A DNA stretch of 64,000 nt. It comes from Minisyncoccota bacterium (GTDB lineage Bacteria; Patescibacteriota; Minisyncoccia; Phycocordibacterales; UBA9973). Both the position numbers and the translations under genes were made by a program. Numbering within the stretch: the stretch's first letter is position 1; every line of letters starts with the position of its first letter. Shown here in pieces: positions 53,267 through 64,000 of the stretch. The stretch covers positions 152,496-216,495 of the forward strand of contig JBAZQY010000002.1 of assembly GCA_041663185.1 (NCBI GenBank), in the 5' to 3' direction. The notes below the pieces were generated by a model. It was not told the origin of the DNA. It saw only the letters and a list, made by a program, of their open reading frames with translations, and ran no database searches.

Positions 53267-56200
53267 TTATCGATTCAAAACTTCACGAGTTAATGGCCCA
53301 ACAATTCCATCATCATCTAATCCATTTGCCAGCTGGAATTTCATAACCGCAGCTTTTGTTTTTGGTCCAAAGATTCCATCGGCAAGACCGCAATTATAAC
53401 CAGCAGTATTTAGGAATTTCTGAAGTTCTATGACTTCATTACCCTTTGAGCCAAGCTTCAAGGGTAAAGTGAAAATGAATTTTTCAGCACCGAGAACTTG
53501 TCCAAGAATTGGAGTAATAGTAGGAATTGGTCTTATGTAACTTCCAGATGATCCTCCACCACTGCTTGATGTCGATTGACATGCATCGTTTGTAATTATT
53601 CTAGTAGAATTTCCTCCATCAATTGCACTACAAGGAATTCCCCCGTTGGTTGGTTCTGTACAAATACGAGTTTGGGTATATATTAATCCACATTGTTCGT
53701 TTACGGGGCTCCACGCACTCCAAACTCCATCTATTGGTAATGGAGTATCGTCGACTACCTCACAATTAGTTCCATTTGTATTTGCACTACCAGGAGTTAT
53801 ACAAACATAGGCAAAATCAGCCGAGTTATTATTTGTATCTTGTCCATCTGGATATCTTGAAATACTATGCGGAGTTGAATCAGTAGGAGCTAAATCAGCT
53901 TGAGCGCCTGTGCCTTCAGTATAACCTGCCACACTTCCTTCATAACTTACTGTATCAATTATAGTATTAGTTGAATCAAATATAGCAACCGCATCTGCTC
54001 CAGCTCCTCCATTTTGGATTAAATCAGTATTAGGTGATATATCAAGATCACAATTTATAACTGTAGCTGTATTAGAACAAATTATATAATAATCACCAGA
54101 ATTTAAATTAACACTAGGTAAATTTATAGTTTGATAAAGCACAATCCCAGTCCCATTAATCAAACGCACTTCATAATTATCAAGATTAATTACTCCCTCT
54201 CCGATATTTTTTAATTCGACAAATTCAGCTATATCAGCACTTGGTTGATCATAATCAATTTCATTTATTACTAATTCAGTTGAAGTTGGAGGAACAATTT
54301 CTGTTTCTGTCACATTCACAGTTCGTGTGATTGGCGAAGCGACATTTCCTGCACTATCTGTGGCTGTGTAAGTAATTGTGTAAGAGCCAGCTGTATTTGT
54401 ATCCACAACACCAGAAGCATTAACGACGATTGAGCTATCAACAATATCAGAAGCAGTTGCACCAGGATCAATGAAAGTATCCCCAACTATTAATTCCATT
54501 GGATTTACTCCAAGAAGTGTAATGACTGGAGCAGTTGTATCAACAACTATTACTGATCTTTCTGCTTGATTAGCCGATGTGCCCCAAGAATCCGTTACAT
54601 TGTAGAATATTTTATGAAGTCCAAGCACAAGTGTGTCTATTGGTAATCCAGTCGTAACAATAAGACTTGAGATATCAGCACCGATTTTATCTTCCGCTGT
54701 TGCTCCCTCATCCATATATATAGAACCAGCCTCAAGATCTAATACATTATAACCAGTTCTGTAAATTATCGGCTTATCTTTGTCAACAGCATTAACTTCG
54801 ATTGTTTTTTCTGAAGAATTTTCTTGATTATCAGTTGCTTTATATGTGACGTGATAAGTGCCAAGAGCACCAGTATCTACATTATTATCTGTTACCTCAC
54901 AAGGAAGTGGTGATCCATCAACTAAGTCGGAAGCAGCACAAGTTGGTTCAGAAAATTCTTCATTTATCCAAGTATCAATTGAATCTGAACTTGCAATATT
55001 TATAATTGGACCAGTCGTATCCTCGATTGTTACAAGAGAAGTTACTTCTTCTGAAATATTTCCAGAATGATCAGTCGCTTTCCAGTTCACAATAGTTTCC
55101 CCAAGAGGAAAAGTTGTCGGAGTATAAGAAATTATTGGATTTTCGTCAGCAATATCTGTGGCAACTGCTTGAATAAGAGTCGGATTTGTTAATGGTCCAG
55201 TTGCTTCAAAAATTTGATCAACTGGAGCCGTAATGGTTGGAAGAGTGGTATCAGTAATTATTACCGCAAAACTATTTGTGGCAGTATTTCCAGCTGTATC
55301 TGTTGCACTACATTCAACATCATTAGATCCCACCGGAAAAGTTGAACCAGATTCCGGAGTACAATTTACTGTTGGAGTAGCTGGATTTGTGTCTGTCGCA
55401 GTTGCTGTAAAGATTGCAACAGCACCATTGTGGCTAGTAGCCTCTTCGGTAATTGTAGTTGGCAAAGTTAATACTGGAGCAGTATTATCAACATCTATAG
55501 AAACAGATGCAGATAATGCATGATTTCCTGCTTCATCATATGCGTCAACCCAAATATTATGAACTCCATCCGTCAAAGAAGTTGTGTCAAAAGAAATTGA
55601 ATATGGAGAATTTGTATCTTCGCCAATTTTTACTCCAACAACACTTGAATGCCAAAATTCTACTTTTGAAATATCGGCGGTTGTATCACTAGCGTTAGCC
55701 TCAATTGTGATTGTTCCATTGACTAAACTACCAGAAGAAGGAGAAGTGACAGAAGAAGTTGGGGCAGTTTGATCTATACCACCAATAGCATTAGACATTT
55801 TATATGTAGTATTTGAAGCAGAATCAATTGCTCGATAACAAACTTTTTTACCATTATCTGATTCAGATGTGAATGTTTGACTTGTATAAGAAATAAAAGT
55901 TAAAGATGAATCACAGACAGAACCAGTTGTGTTACTCATTTTTAGAGTTCCCTCATTAGCACTTGCGGTGATAGTTTTACTTTGAGCAGGAGTGGTCCCA
56001 GGTTCATTAATAGTAATTTCTGGAGCAGTAGTGTCTGGAGTGTAATAAACGGTAACAGAAATATTATCAACTGAAGCAATTCTTGTTCCACCGGCAGTCC
56101 GAGTGATAGATAAACCAACACCAAAATTTGATGAGTTAATATCACTAGCTGTCCATGTTGTCCCCCATTTCTCAGTTTCACTTCCATAAGTCACGATAGT

Positions 56201-56599
56201 ATCGGTTGTTGGCCAAGCTTCGGAAGTCTTGGCTTTATTACTACTTGTTGCCGAAAGACCCTTAAACACTTTGACATATTTATCACTGACAACAGAGGGA
56301 GAACACCCAGCAACTTTACAGGCTTGTTTTTTTTCAATATTTACTTTGATTCCATTGATTGTTGAACCAGCTGGAATAGAAAATCCAAAGTTACTTGCTC
56401 TTAGATAATCTGAAAAATAAGTTGCATCTTCCATTTTGAGTGTTGCGTAGGTATTATCTGAAGTTGTTGCATTGTTTGGATTTGTCCAAACAATGCTTGA
56501 ACCAGTAAATGAAGTGTCAGCTACCACCGTAGGATTACCAGAGACTTCTATAACTGAAGAAGTCGCCATTAAACTATTTGTAAATGTTAGACCAAACAA
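53267..56599 (-). CDS. giant secreted adhesin-like protein (1110 aa) with Ig-like repeats, a lamin-tail domain, a TSP1-like repeat and a PG_binding_1 domain
   Basis: Signal peptide. Thr/Ser-rich repeated beta domains. LTD motif LVINEIDYDQPSADIAEFVELKNIG. TSP1-like DGVWSAWSPVNEQCG..TQTRICTEP..GGIPCSAIDGGN..TNDAC. The C-terminus ELQKFLNTAGYNCGLADGIFGPKTKAAVMKFQ is a peptidoglycan-binding pattern. Confidence 0.85.
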   Translation of the reverse strand: MFGLTFTNSLMATSSVIEVSGNPTVVADTSFTGSSIVWTNPNNATTSDNTYATLKMEDATYFSDYLRASNFGFSIPAGSTINGIKVNIEKKQACKVAGCSPSVVSDKYVKVFKGLSATSSNKAKTSEAWPTTDTIVTYGSETEKWGTTWTASDINSSNFGVGLSITRTAGGTRIASVDNISVTVYYTPDTTAPEITINEPGTTPAQSKTITASANEGTLKMSNTTGSVCDSSLTFISYTSQTFTSESDNGKKVCYRAIDSASNTTYKMSNAIGGIDQTAPTSSVTSPSSGSLVNGTITIEANASDTTADISKVEFWHSSVVGVKIGEDTNSPYSISFDTTSLTDGVHNIWVDAYDEAGNHALSASVSIDVDNTAPVLTLPTTITEEATSHNGAVAIFTATATDTNPATPTVNCTPESGSTFPVGSNDVECSATDTAGNTATNSFAVIITDTTLPTITAPVDQIFEATGPLTNPTLIQAVATDIADENPIISYTPTTFPLGETIVNWKATDHSGNISEEVTSLVTIEDTTGPIINIASSDSIDTWINEEFSEPTCAASDLVDGSPLPCEVTDNNVDTGALGTYHVTYKATDNQENSSEKTIEVNAVDKDKPIIYRTGYNVLDLEAGSIYMDEGATAEDKIGADISSLIVTTGLPIDTLVLGLHKIFYNVTDSWGTSANQAERSVIVVDTTAPVITLLGVNPMELIVGDTFIDPGATASDIVDSSIVVNASGVVDTNTAGSYTITYTATDSAGNVASPITRTVNVTETEIVPPTSTELVINEIDYDQPSADIAEFVELKNIGEGVINLDNYEVRLINGTGIVLYQTINLPSVNLNSGDYYIICSNTATVINCDLDISPNTDLIQNGGAGADAVAIFDSTNTIIDTVSYEGSVAGYTEGTGAQADLAPTDSTPHSISRYPDGQDTNNNSADFAYVCITPGSANTNGTNCEVVDDTPLPIDGVWSAWSPVNEQCGLIYTQTRICTEPTNGGIPCSAIDGGNSTRIITNDACQSTSSSGGGSSGSYIRPIPTITPILGQVLGAEKFIFTLPLKLGSKGNEVIELQKFLNTAGYNCGLADGIFGPKTKAAVMKFQLANGLDDDGIVGPLTREVLNR

Positions 56600-56691
56600 A
56601 ACTAAAACAGTTACGAAACTAATTGAAAAATAGACATAATAAAGTGCATATCAAGTGGATAAAATTATGTGTAAAATATCCTTACAATTAT

Positions 56692-57426
56692 TCATTTTTT
56701 GTTTAAATAATACTTTCTTTTAGTTTCCGGTAACCGTTCAATAGTATATCGGAGCATAGTCCGAGGCATTTTAGTTGTATAAATATCTAGAAATGCAATT
56801 AACTCTTTTTCGGATACCCTCTTCCCAATTTCTCGAAGCATCCAGCCGACAGCTTTATGAATGAGGTCGTGCTTATCTTTTAAAAGTATTTTTGCAATTC
56901 TAAAAGTCCACTCCGATTCTCCTTTATAGATAAATGCAAATGTAGAAACAATTGCAATCCGACGCTCCCAAATATTTTTTGAATTTGCAAGTTTAGTGAG
57001 GATTGTTTTTTTAAATGTATCACTTTGGTCGTATAAATAATTTCCAATAATGTATCCTGCAGATAGATCAACTAAATCCCAGTTATTAATATACTTAGTG
57101 TGTTTCAAATAAAAATTAAATATTTTTTTATGACTCTCCGCTAGGACTTTCCTAGCGGAGAGGGGGGAAGATTTATATTTATGAACTAAGATTAATAAGG
57201 CGATGAGGCGAACTTCGTGGTATTTGTTTTTAATAAGTTTTGAAATATCAGGAAGTGGAATATCACCATATTTTACTGCAATTTTTCGGGCTTCGGGAAC
57301 AGTAATTCCCAAAAACAAATCCCCTTCTCCATACTGACCTTTGCCAGTCTTGAAAAACCAAGACAAGTTTTTAGCTTTCTCGTAATTTTTATGTGACATT
57401 ATTTCTTTCATAATTTTGTTATACAT
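56692..57426 (-). CDS. DNA alkylation repair protein (AlkD/AlkC-like HEAT-repeat glycosylase family)
   Basis: The N-terminus reads NYEKAKNLSWFFKTGKGQYGEGDLFLGITVPEARKIA..WDLVD, an AlkD-like pattern. Confidence 0.7.
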   Translation of the reverse strand: MYNKIMKEIMSHKNYEKAKNLSWFFKTGKGQYGEGDLFLGITVPEARKIAVKYGDIPLPDISKLIKNKYHEVRLIALLILVHKYKSSPLSARKVLAESHKKIFNFYLKHTKYINNWDLVDLSAGYIIGNYLYDQSDTFKKTILTKLANSKNIWERRIAIVSTFAFIYKGESEWTFRIAKILLKDKHDLIHKAVGWMLREIGKRVSEKELIAFLDIYTTKMPRTMLRYTIERLPETKRKYYLNKK

Positions 57427-57514
57427 ATTTCAATTATATCATTTAAAAAAATAAAATCCGTTTTAATCCTTGTGGGGAATTAAAACGGATTTTTAATATC
57501 TTATGCTAACTAAA

Positions 57515-57853
57515 TTATTTTTTCCCCCAATCACGAAAATTAAATAAGGGAAAAATAAAAATGAAAAATATAACCGACCCAATTCCTGCATACATTAAAA
57601 CTGGATTGTTAATATTGAAGCTATACCAAGCAGATATTTTGATACCCGCCGCTGGGTCATATTGGGTTATGTCCAAAACCCAATATGCTACGTAAGCTAC
57701 AGTTACAAAACCCCATAACCCAATAAGATTATCAAATAATGAGGGTAATGAAGGGGTTACATTTTTTACAATATTTTTCAAAAAATCTATCAACCGATAG
57801 ACTCCAAAAATTACTGAAACGACAGCAATTTTTAATAAGGAAATCTTTGTCAT
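57515..57853 (-). CDS. integral membrane hypothetical protein
   Basis: 3-4 TM helices in 112 aa. Confidence 0.5.
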   Translation of the reverse strand: MTKISLLKIAVVSVIFGVYRLIDFLKNIVKNVTPSLPSLFDNLIGLWGFVTVAYVAYWVLDITQYDPAAGIKISAWYSFNINNPVLMYAGIGSVIFFIFIFPLFNFRDWGKK

Positions 57854-57906
57854 AGTTGTGAATTTTAAGTTTAATCAATTATACCATAAACTAATACTAA
57901 AAGTCA

Positions 57907-57944
57907 AGCTCAAAAAAGCCCTTTATAAAGGGCTTTTTTGAGCT
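57907..57944 (-). terminator. long hairpin terminator downstream of atpC
   Basis: agctcaaaaaagccc-tttataa-gggcttttttgagct. Confidence 0.6.
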
Positions 57945-57962
57945 GTTTTCTTATTTTTATAA

Positions 57963-58406
57963 TTATTTTCGGTATTTTTTAGTTCTCCACTTATCGGCAA
58001 TCTTGATTCTATTAAGTGATCTTTCGAGTTCTGTTTCAAAGTGTTCAAAGTCAACAATTTCATTATTCTCTGCCTGTTTACGAAGCTCTTCAGCTTTGGC
58101 TTTAGCTTTTTCAATTTCTTCTTCGGTGATGTCTCCAATGTGCTCGGCAAAGTCAGCCAAGATTGTGACGGTTGTCACGTCACCATCTTTTTTTGTTTCA
58201 ACGAATCCACCGACAACACCCATAGGAATATGTTCCCCATCATTTTGAGCAACGATATCACCTGAGGCAAGTGATGCGACAAGAGGAATGTGGTCAGGCA
58301 GAATTGTTATCTCCCCTTCTGTCGTTGGAATTGTAACCAAATCCACCAATTCTTCTAGAATTAATTTTTCTGGTGTGACAATTTTTAATTGTAATTTTTT
58401 TGACAT
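57963..58406 (-). CDS. atpC: F0F1 ATP synthase subunit epsilon
   Basis: KIVTPEKLILEE..VTIPTTEGEITILPDHIPLV, with a C-terminal helical hairpin. Confidence 0.9.
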   Translation of the reverse strand: MSKKLQLKIVTPEKLILEELVDLVTIPTTEGEITILPDHIPLVASLASGDIVAQNDGEHIPMGVVGGFVETKKDGDVTTVTILADFAEHIGDITEEEIEKAKAKAEELRKQAENNEIVDFEHFETELERSLNRIKIADKWRTKKYRK

Positions 58407-58528
58407 ATATGTATTTGCGGAGGTGTATGTTTAAAATTTATGAGTAGGTGTGGGCGCGCCGGAGCGAGCTTTGCGAGCGGAGAGGGATAAGCGAGTAAAT
58501 TTTAAATATACACTGACGCAATGCTATT

Positions 58529-59911
<1,383 letters not shown>

Positions 59912-59916
59912 TTAAT

Positions 59917-60001
59917 TGCGGAACAAATTATTTTATGAAAAAATGTCTGGCTCCTCGTCCTCCCTCCTCCGAGGACTTTTTTCAGAATATAATTTGTGTA
60001 G
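59917..60001. repeat. 85-nt intergenic repeat, copy 2 (between atpG and atpD)
   Basis: See copy 1 at 48639-48723. Both copies are in the same orientation relative to the flanking minus-strand genes. Confidence 0.7.
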
Positions 60002-60029
60002 CTTTTTTAATAATATTAATAATAATTTT

Positions 60030-60980
60030 TTAACCGACACTTGCCATCCCGGCACTAATTTCTGATATTTCCCTTGTAATTCCTGCCTGACGAGCCTTGT
60101 TAAATACTAATGTTAGGTCATCAATCATTTCTCCGGCGGCCTCGTTTGCATTCTTCATGGCGACCATTCGGGATGATTGCTCACTCGCGCTTGATTCAAG
60201 GATCATCTGGTATATTTGCATTCTGGTTAATTTCTCGGCTAAGCTTTCAAGTAATTTATCAGTATCTCCTTCAAACAAATACGGTATCTCCCTTGTCTCG
60301 CCATAGCTACTTGCGGAGGCGGATTTTTTGTCTGGCAACTTCTCATTCAAATTCCCGCTAATTTCTTCTCGGATGTCTTCTTTTGAGATTGGCAGAATTT
60401 TTCTGATTTTTGGTTTTTGGGTTAAGGCTGAAACGAAATCAGTATAAGCAATGTAAACATTTTTATAATTACCATTTTTAAATTCATTAATAATTAAAGT
60501 TGAAATTGGCACAATATCTGATACTTTCAAATTTATGTCTGGCATTTCGGCAAATGTTGCCACAATATTTTGTCCAGTTTTGCGCATAGCACTGTCACCC
60601 TTTTTTCCAACTGAAATAATATCTATTTTTTCCGAGGAGGTATTTTCTTTTAGCATCAGAATGGTTTTCTTTATGATCTGCGAATTATATCCACCACATA
60701 AACCGCGATTTGAAGTGATAAGAACAATAAGATTTTTGTCATCAGAATTACCACTTGTCGCCTTTCCGTTATTTGTAAAAAATGGATGAGTAATTTCTTC
60801 CAAGCGATTTGAAAGTGATGTCAAAACTTCCCAAGAATAACTGGCATAAAGACGAGATGAAAGTGTTTGCGAAACCGCTCTCTTCATTTTTGAAGCAGAA
60901 ACAAGCTCCATCGCTTTCGTGATTTTCTTTGTGCTTTTAACACTCGTTATTCGTCTTTTAATCTCTTTGGTACTTGGCAT
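60030..60980 (-). CDS. atpG: F0F1 ATP synthase subunit gamma
   Basis: N-terminal IKRRITSVKSTKKITKAMELVSASKMKRA and a C-terminal ITREISEI..G helix. Confidence 0.9.
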   Translation of the reverse strand: MPSTKEIKRRITSVKSTKKITKAMELVSASKMKRAVSQTLSSRLYASYSWEVLTSLSNRLEEITHPFFTNNGKATSGNSDDKNLIVLITSNRGLCGGYNSQIIKKTILMLKENTSSEKIDIISVGKKGDSAMRKTGQNIVATFAEMPDINLKVSDIVPISTLIINEFKNGNYKNVYIAYTDFVSALTQKPKIRKILPISKEDIREEISGNLNEKLPDKKSASASSYGETREIPYLFEGDTDKLLESLAEKLTRMQIYQMILESSASEQSSRMVAMKNANEAAGEMIDDLTLVFNKARQAGITREISEISAGMASVG

Positions 60981-60997
60981 TTATTTTAATGAAGAAC

Positions 60998-62500
60998 TTA
61001 CTTTGTAAACGATTGCTTAAAATCTCCCATTACTTTTACTAATTCAGCTTCGCCAGCATCTGTCCACATTTTTTCTGTTGTAACTTCCTTATAAAAAGTT
61101 TTAGCATTTCGTCTGGTATATTCAATTAATCCTTCTTCGAAAGTTTTAATTTTATCAATGGCAATATCGTCCATGAACCCTTTGGTCAAAGCATAAAGAA
61201 CAACAACTTGGTCCTCTGTTGCCATCGGTGCGTATTGAGGTTGCTTTAATACTTCTACAGCACGTTTCCCACGTTCTAGCTGATTCTTCGTCGATTCATC
61301 AAGGTCAGAACCGAATTGAGAGAATGCTTCCAGTTCGCGGAATTGAGCAAGATCAAGCTTCAATGTTCCTGAAACTTTCTTCATGGCTTTAATTTGAGCA
61401 GCTGAACCAACACGGGAAACCGAAAGTCCAACGTTAACAGCTGGGCGAATTCCTTTGTAGAATAAATCAGTTTCTAGGAACATTTGTCCATCAGTAATTG
61501 AGATAACGTTTGTCGGAATATATGCGGTCACGTCGCCTGATTGAGTTTCAACAATTGGCAGTGCAGTAATAGAACCTCCTCCATATTCTTTATTTCTTCG
61601 GCAAGCTCGCTCTAATAATTTTGAGTGCAAATAAAAGACATCTCCTGGGAAAGCTTCACGGCCTGGTGGTCGGCGAAGAAGCAGTGAGATTTCACGATAA
61701 GCCACAGCGTGCTTTGAAAGATCATCATAAATTATCAAAACATCTTTTCCTTGGTCCATGAAATTCTCAGCAATAGTAACTCCAGTATAAGGAGCGATGT
61801 ATGAAAGAGCAGCCGATTCAGAACTCCCAGCCGAAACGATAATCGTGTAATCCATTGCTCCACCTTCTTCGAGTCGTGTCTGAAGTTTTCGAAGCTTAGA
61901 ATCTTTTTGACCAATTGAAACGTAAACACAAATCATGTCTTGTCCTTTTTGATTTAAGATTGTATCGATAGCGATAGCAGTTTTTCCTGTCTGGCGGTCA
62001 CCGATAATAAGTTCACGTTGACCACGGCCGATTGGAATAAGCGCATCAATTGCTTTAATACCTGTCTGAACAGCCTGAGAAACTGATAAGCGAGTAATAA
62101 CCCCAGGGGCAACCTTTTCGATTGGGCTATTCTTTTCGGTTTTAATTGCTCCTTTACCGTCAATTGGTTCACCAAGAGCGTTCAAAACACGACCAATTTG
62201 AGCATTTCCGACTGGAACTGAGAGAATCTTTCCTGTTGATTTAACCTCATCACCTTCGCGAATTTTTGTGAAGTCACCAAGAATAATAACTCCAATGGAA
62301 TCTTCTTCGAGGTTTAGAGTTACGCCAGCTTCACCGTTTGGGAATGAGACCATTTCTGAAGCTTTGATATCTGAAAGTCCTGAAATTTTTGCAATACCAT
62401 CGAAAACCTCAATAACGTGTCCGACTTTTTCAGCCTTGACATCATCTTTCCATTTTTCGATTTGTTTTCTTAAATTTTCTACAATGTGATTTTTTGTCAT
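60998..62500 (-). CDS. atpA: F0F1 ATP synthase subunit alpha
   Basis: Walker [12 protein letters not shown] and alpha-subunit collinearity. Confidence 0.97.
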   Translation of the reverse strand: MTKNHIVENLRKQIEKWKDDVKAEKVGHVIEVFDGIAKISGLSDIKASEMVSFPNGEAGVTLNLEEDSIGVIILGDFTKIREGDEVKSTGKILSVPVGNAQIGRVLNALGEPIDGKGAIKTEKNSPIEKVAPGVITRLSVSQAVQTGIKAIDALIPIGRGQRELIIGDRQTGKTAIAIDTILNQKGQDMICVYVSIGQKDSKLRKLQTRLEEGGAMDYTIIVSAGSSESAALSYIAPYTGVTIAENFMDQGKDVLIIYDDLSKHAVAYREISLLLRRPPGREAFPGDVFYLHSKLLERACRRNKEYGGGSITALPIVETQSGDVTAYIPTNVISITDGQMFLETDLFYKGIRPAVNVGLSVSRVGSAAQIKAMKKVSGTLKLDLAQFRELEAFSQFGSDLDESTKNQLERGKRAVEVLKQPQYAPMATEDQVVVLYALTKGFMDDIAIDKIKTFEEGLIEYTRRNAKTFYKEVTTEKMWTDAGEAELVKVMGDFKQSFTK

Positions 62501-62524
62501 ATATTCCTTGGTTCGCCGTGGCGA

Positions 62525-62932
62525 CTAATTGGTTACTAAATAATTTTTTAATCTATTTATTTTGCTTTTTAATGTCATGTCTATAATTTCATCTCCGACC
62601 TCAATTTTGATTCCTCCTAGAAATTTATCATCGGTTTCAAATTCTAGAATTGCATTTTTGACTTTGTATCTCTTTTTAATAAAATGTTCAATTTCGCTCA
62701 CTACTCCTTTTTTTATCTCTGCTTTTGAACTGATCTTTGCTCTGACGACTTCTTCATTTTTATCAATCAGTTTTTGTAATTTATTTAAAATTTCTTTGGA
62801 CTTACCGAGCGCATGTTTTTCTGAAAGTAATTTAACAGTATTTTTGAGTATAACTTCAAGTTCCACTCCACTTTTCTCATTAGTGGATTCGTAGATTGCT
62901 CGAGCGATGTTGTTAACTGAAATAGTTGCCAT
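62525..62932 (-). CDS. atpH: F0F1 ATP synthase subunit delta (short, OSCP-like)
   Basis: Position between atpF and atpA. The C-terminal EIIDMTLKSKINRLK delta-like motif is present; only 135 aa. Confidence 0.65.
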   Translation of the reverse strand: MATISVNNIARAIYESTNEKSGVELEVILKNTVKLLSEKHALGKSKEILNKLQKLIDKNEEVVRAKISSKAEIKKGVVSEIEHFIKKRYKVKNAILEFETDDKFLGGIKIEVGDEIIDMTLKSKINRLKNYLVTN

Positions 62933-62933
62933 A

Positions 62934-63425
62934 TTAAATATTCTTTAATTGATCGACTGTTTTTTGGTCAAACTTGTCCCCTGCTTGTGACTCTAATAAT
63001 TTTTCTGTTGCCTTGACCACAAGAGAAACGATTTCCTGCTTGGCTTCTTCTACCATTTTCACTTTTTCAGACTCAAGAACCTTCTTGCCGTTTAAAATCA
63101 GTGCATCAACTTCTTTTTTAGCATTTTCCATCATTTCGGCTTTCTTTACCTCGACTTCTTTTTTGCCTTCTTGGAAAAGAATATTTGCTTCTTCTTTTGC
63201 TTTTAGAATAACACTTTCATATTCTTTCTTTGTCTTTATGAGTGTTTCGGCATTTATTTTTGCATCTTCTACTCCTTTATTTATACGATTCTCTCTTTCT
63301 GACATCATCTTCTTTAATGGTTTTAGAGCGAAGAAATATAGAACCAAAAAAACTACCAAAAAGTTTAATGCCTGAGCAATGATTATTTTCCAATCTATGT
63401 GAAATGTTGTTATCAATGATTCCAT
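62934..63425 (-). CDS. atpF: F0F1 ATP synthase subunit b
   Basis: Single N-terminal TM then a long charged helix, in the operon position. Confidence 0.75.
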   Translation of the reverse strand: MESLITTFHIDWKIIIAQALNFLVVFLVLYFFALKPLKKMMSERENRINKGVEDAKINAETLIKTKKEYESVILKAKEEANILFQEGKKEVEVKKAEMMENAKKEVDALILNGKKVLESEKVKMVEEAKQEIVSLVVKATEKLLESQAGDKFDQKTVDQLKNI

Positions 63426-63538
63426 GTTTTAAATAATTAAAAATTAATAATTAAGAATTACGAACTAAAAACGAAGAAGCTTTAGCTTCTTACTCCTAGC
63501 CATTTGAAAAATCAACTGACTAGATGTAAATAGCAAAA

Positions 63539-63805
<267 letters not shown>

Positions 63806-63899
63806 CTAAAGGGCTCCGACACGATAAATAATTTCAATAATTTATTCCGCCTAACGATTTTGTATTAATAATAATTTCGACGACTAATAATAATTTCTA

Positions 63900-64000
63900 C
63901 TACGTCACAGCTTGAACATGTTTTTCTGCGTGTTCATGCTCCCCGCCTTGACTCGGCGAGGCAGGTTCGTGTTCATCGTGATCTTGTGAAGCAATTGTGA
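63900..64000 (-). CDS. 3' end of an upstream ORF running off the window (possibly atpB with a His/Glu-rich C-terminal tail)
   Basis: Minus-strand frame reads ...TIASQDHDEHEPASPSQGGEHEHAEKHVQAVT* with a stop at 63900-63902. It sits where atpB is expected upstream of atpE, and a-subunits end in ...EEH-like motifs. It is locally GC-rich. Weak. Confidence 0.3.
   Translation of the reverse strand, partial: TIASQDHDEHEPASPSQGGEHEHAEKHVQAVT

Noticed and set aside
58003-58265. Plus-strand ORFs antisense to atpC (58003-58248, 58041-58265) and the minus-strand ORF 57923-58150
   Set aside because: They are antisense to, or out of frame with, the conserved epsilon subunit gene, with no support.

Overview
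This is a low-GC (about one third GC), gene-dense bacterial chromosome segment. Its style suggests a Candidate Phyla Radiation / Patescibacteria-like organism: compact genes, many large secreted low-complexity proteins, a fragmented dcw cluster and a short pyruvate kinase. That placement is inference only.

Layout from start to end:
- 1-20 kb: tsaD (partial), a cytidylate-kinase-like gene, then cell-wall and division genes. These are murE, a 556-aa Cys-rich protein, murD, murC, two class-B PBPs, mraZ-rsmH-ftsL-like-ftsI-murF with a recognisable MraZ operator array, greA and lysS.
- 20-27.8 kb: small secreted or membrane proteins, a cupredoxin, a PAS protein, an ECF sigma factor, a large secreted protein with two thrombospondin-type-1-like repeats plus a peptidoglycan-binding domain, a cupin, and a tRNA-Glu(CUC) preceded by a degenerate duplicate of its 5' half.
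- 28-33.4 kb: a defence island. It holds a C-protein-controlled type II R-M-like locus whose cytosine-5 methyltransferase is fused to a complete LexA repressor (HTH, Ala-Gly cleavage site and S24 Ser/Lys peptidase domain). It also holds an AbiTii-like abortive-infection gene with a membrane partner.
- 34-39.7 kb: housekeeping genes (rsmI, S41 protease, rplI, rpmA, CAP-domain protein).
- 39.8-45.0 kb: a 5.2-kb integrated inovirus-like prophage flanked by 21-bp direct repeats. It carries a rolling-circle HUH Rep, a Zot-like morphogenesis ATPase, g3p/g6p-like proteins and tandemly duplicated major coat genes.
- 45-64 kb: rarA, a 2-hydroxyacid dehydrogenase, a short pyruvate kinase, enolase, a 1110-aa adhesin-like protein (Ig-like, lamin-tail, TSP1-like and PG-binding domains), an AlkD-like gene, and the atpCDGAHFE operon with a partial ORF that may be atpB.

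Other sequence-level oddities:
- Perfect GC-rich palindromes lie in-frame inside murD (42 bp, apparently an insertion) and murC (26 bp).
- A 34-bp perfect palindrome sits upstream of the Cys-rich gene, and a 21-nt copy of its half lies inside tsaD.
- An 85-nt intergenic element is present in two near-identical copies about 11 kb apart.

No rRNA genes or CRISPR arrays were seen.
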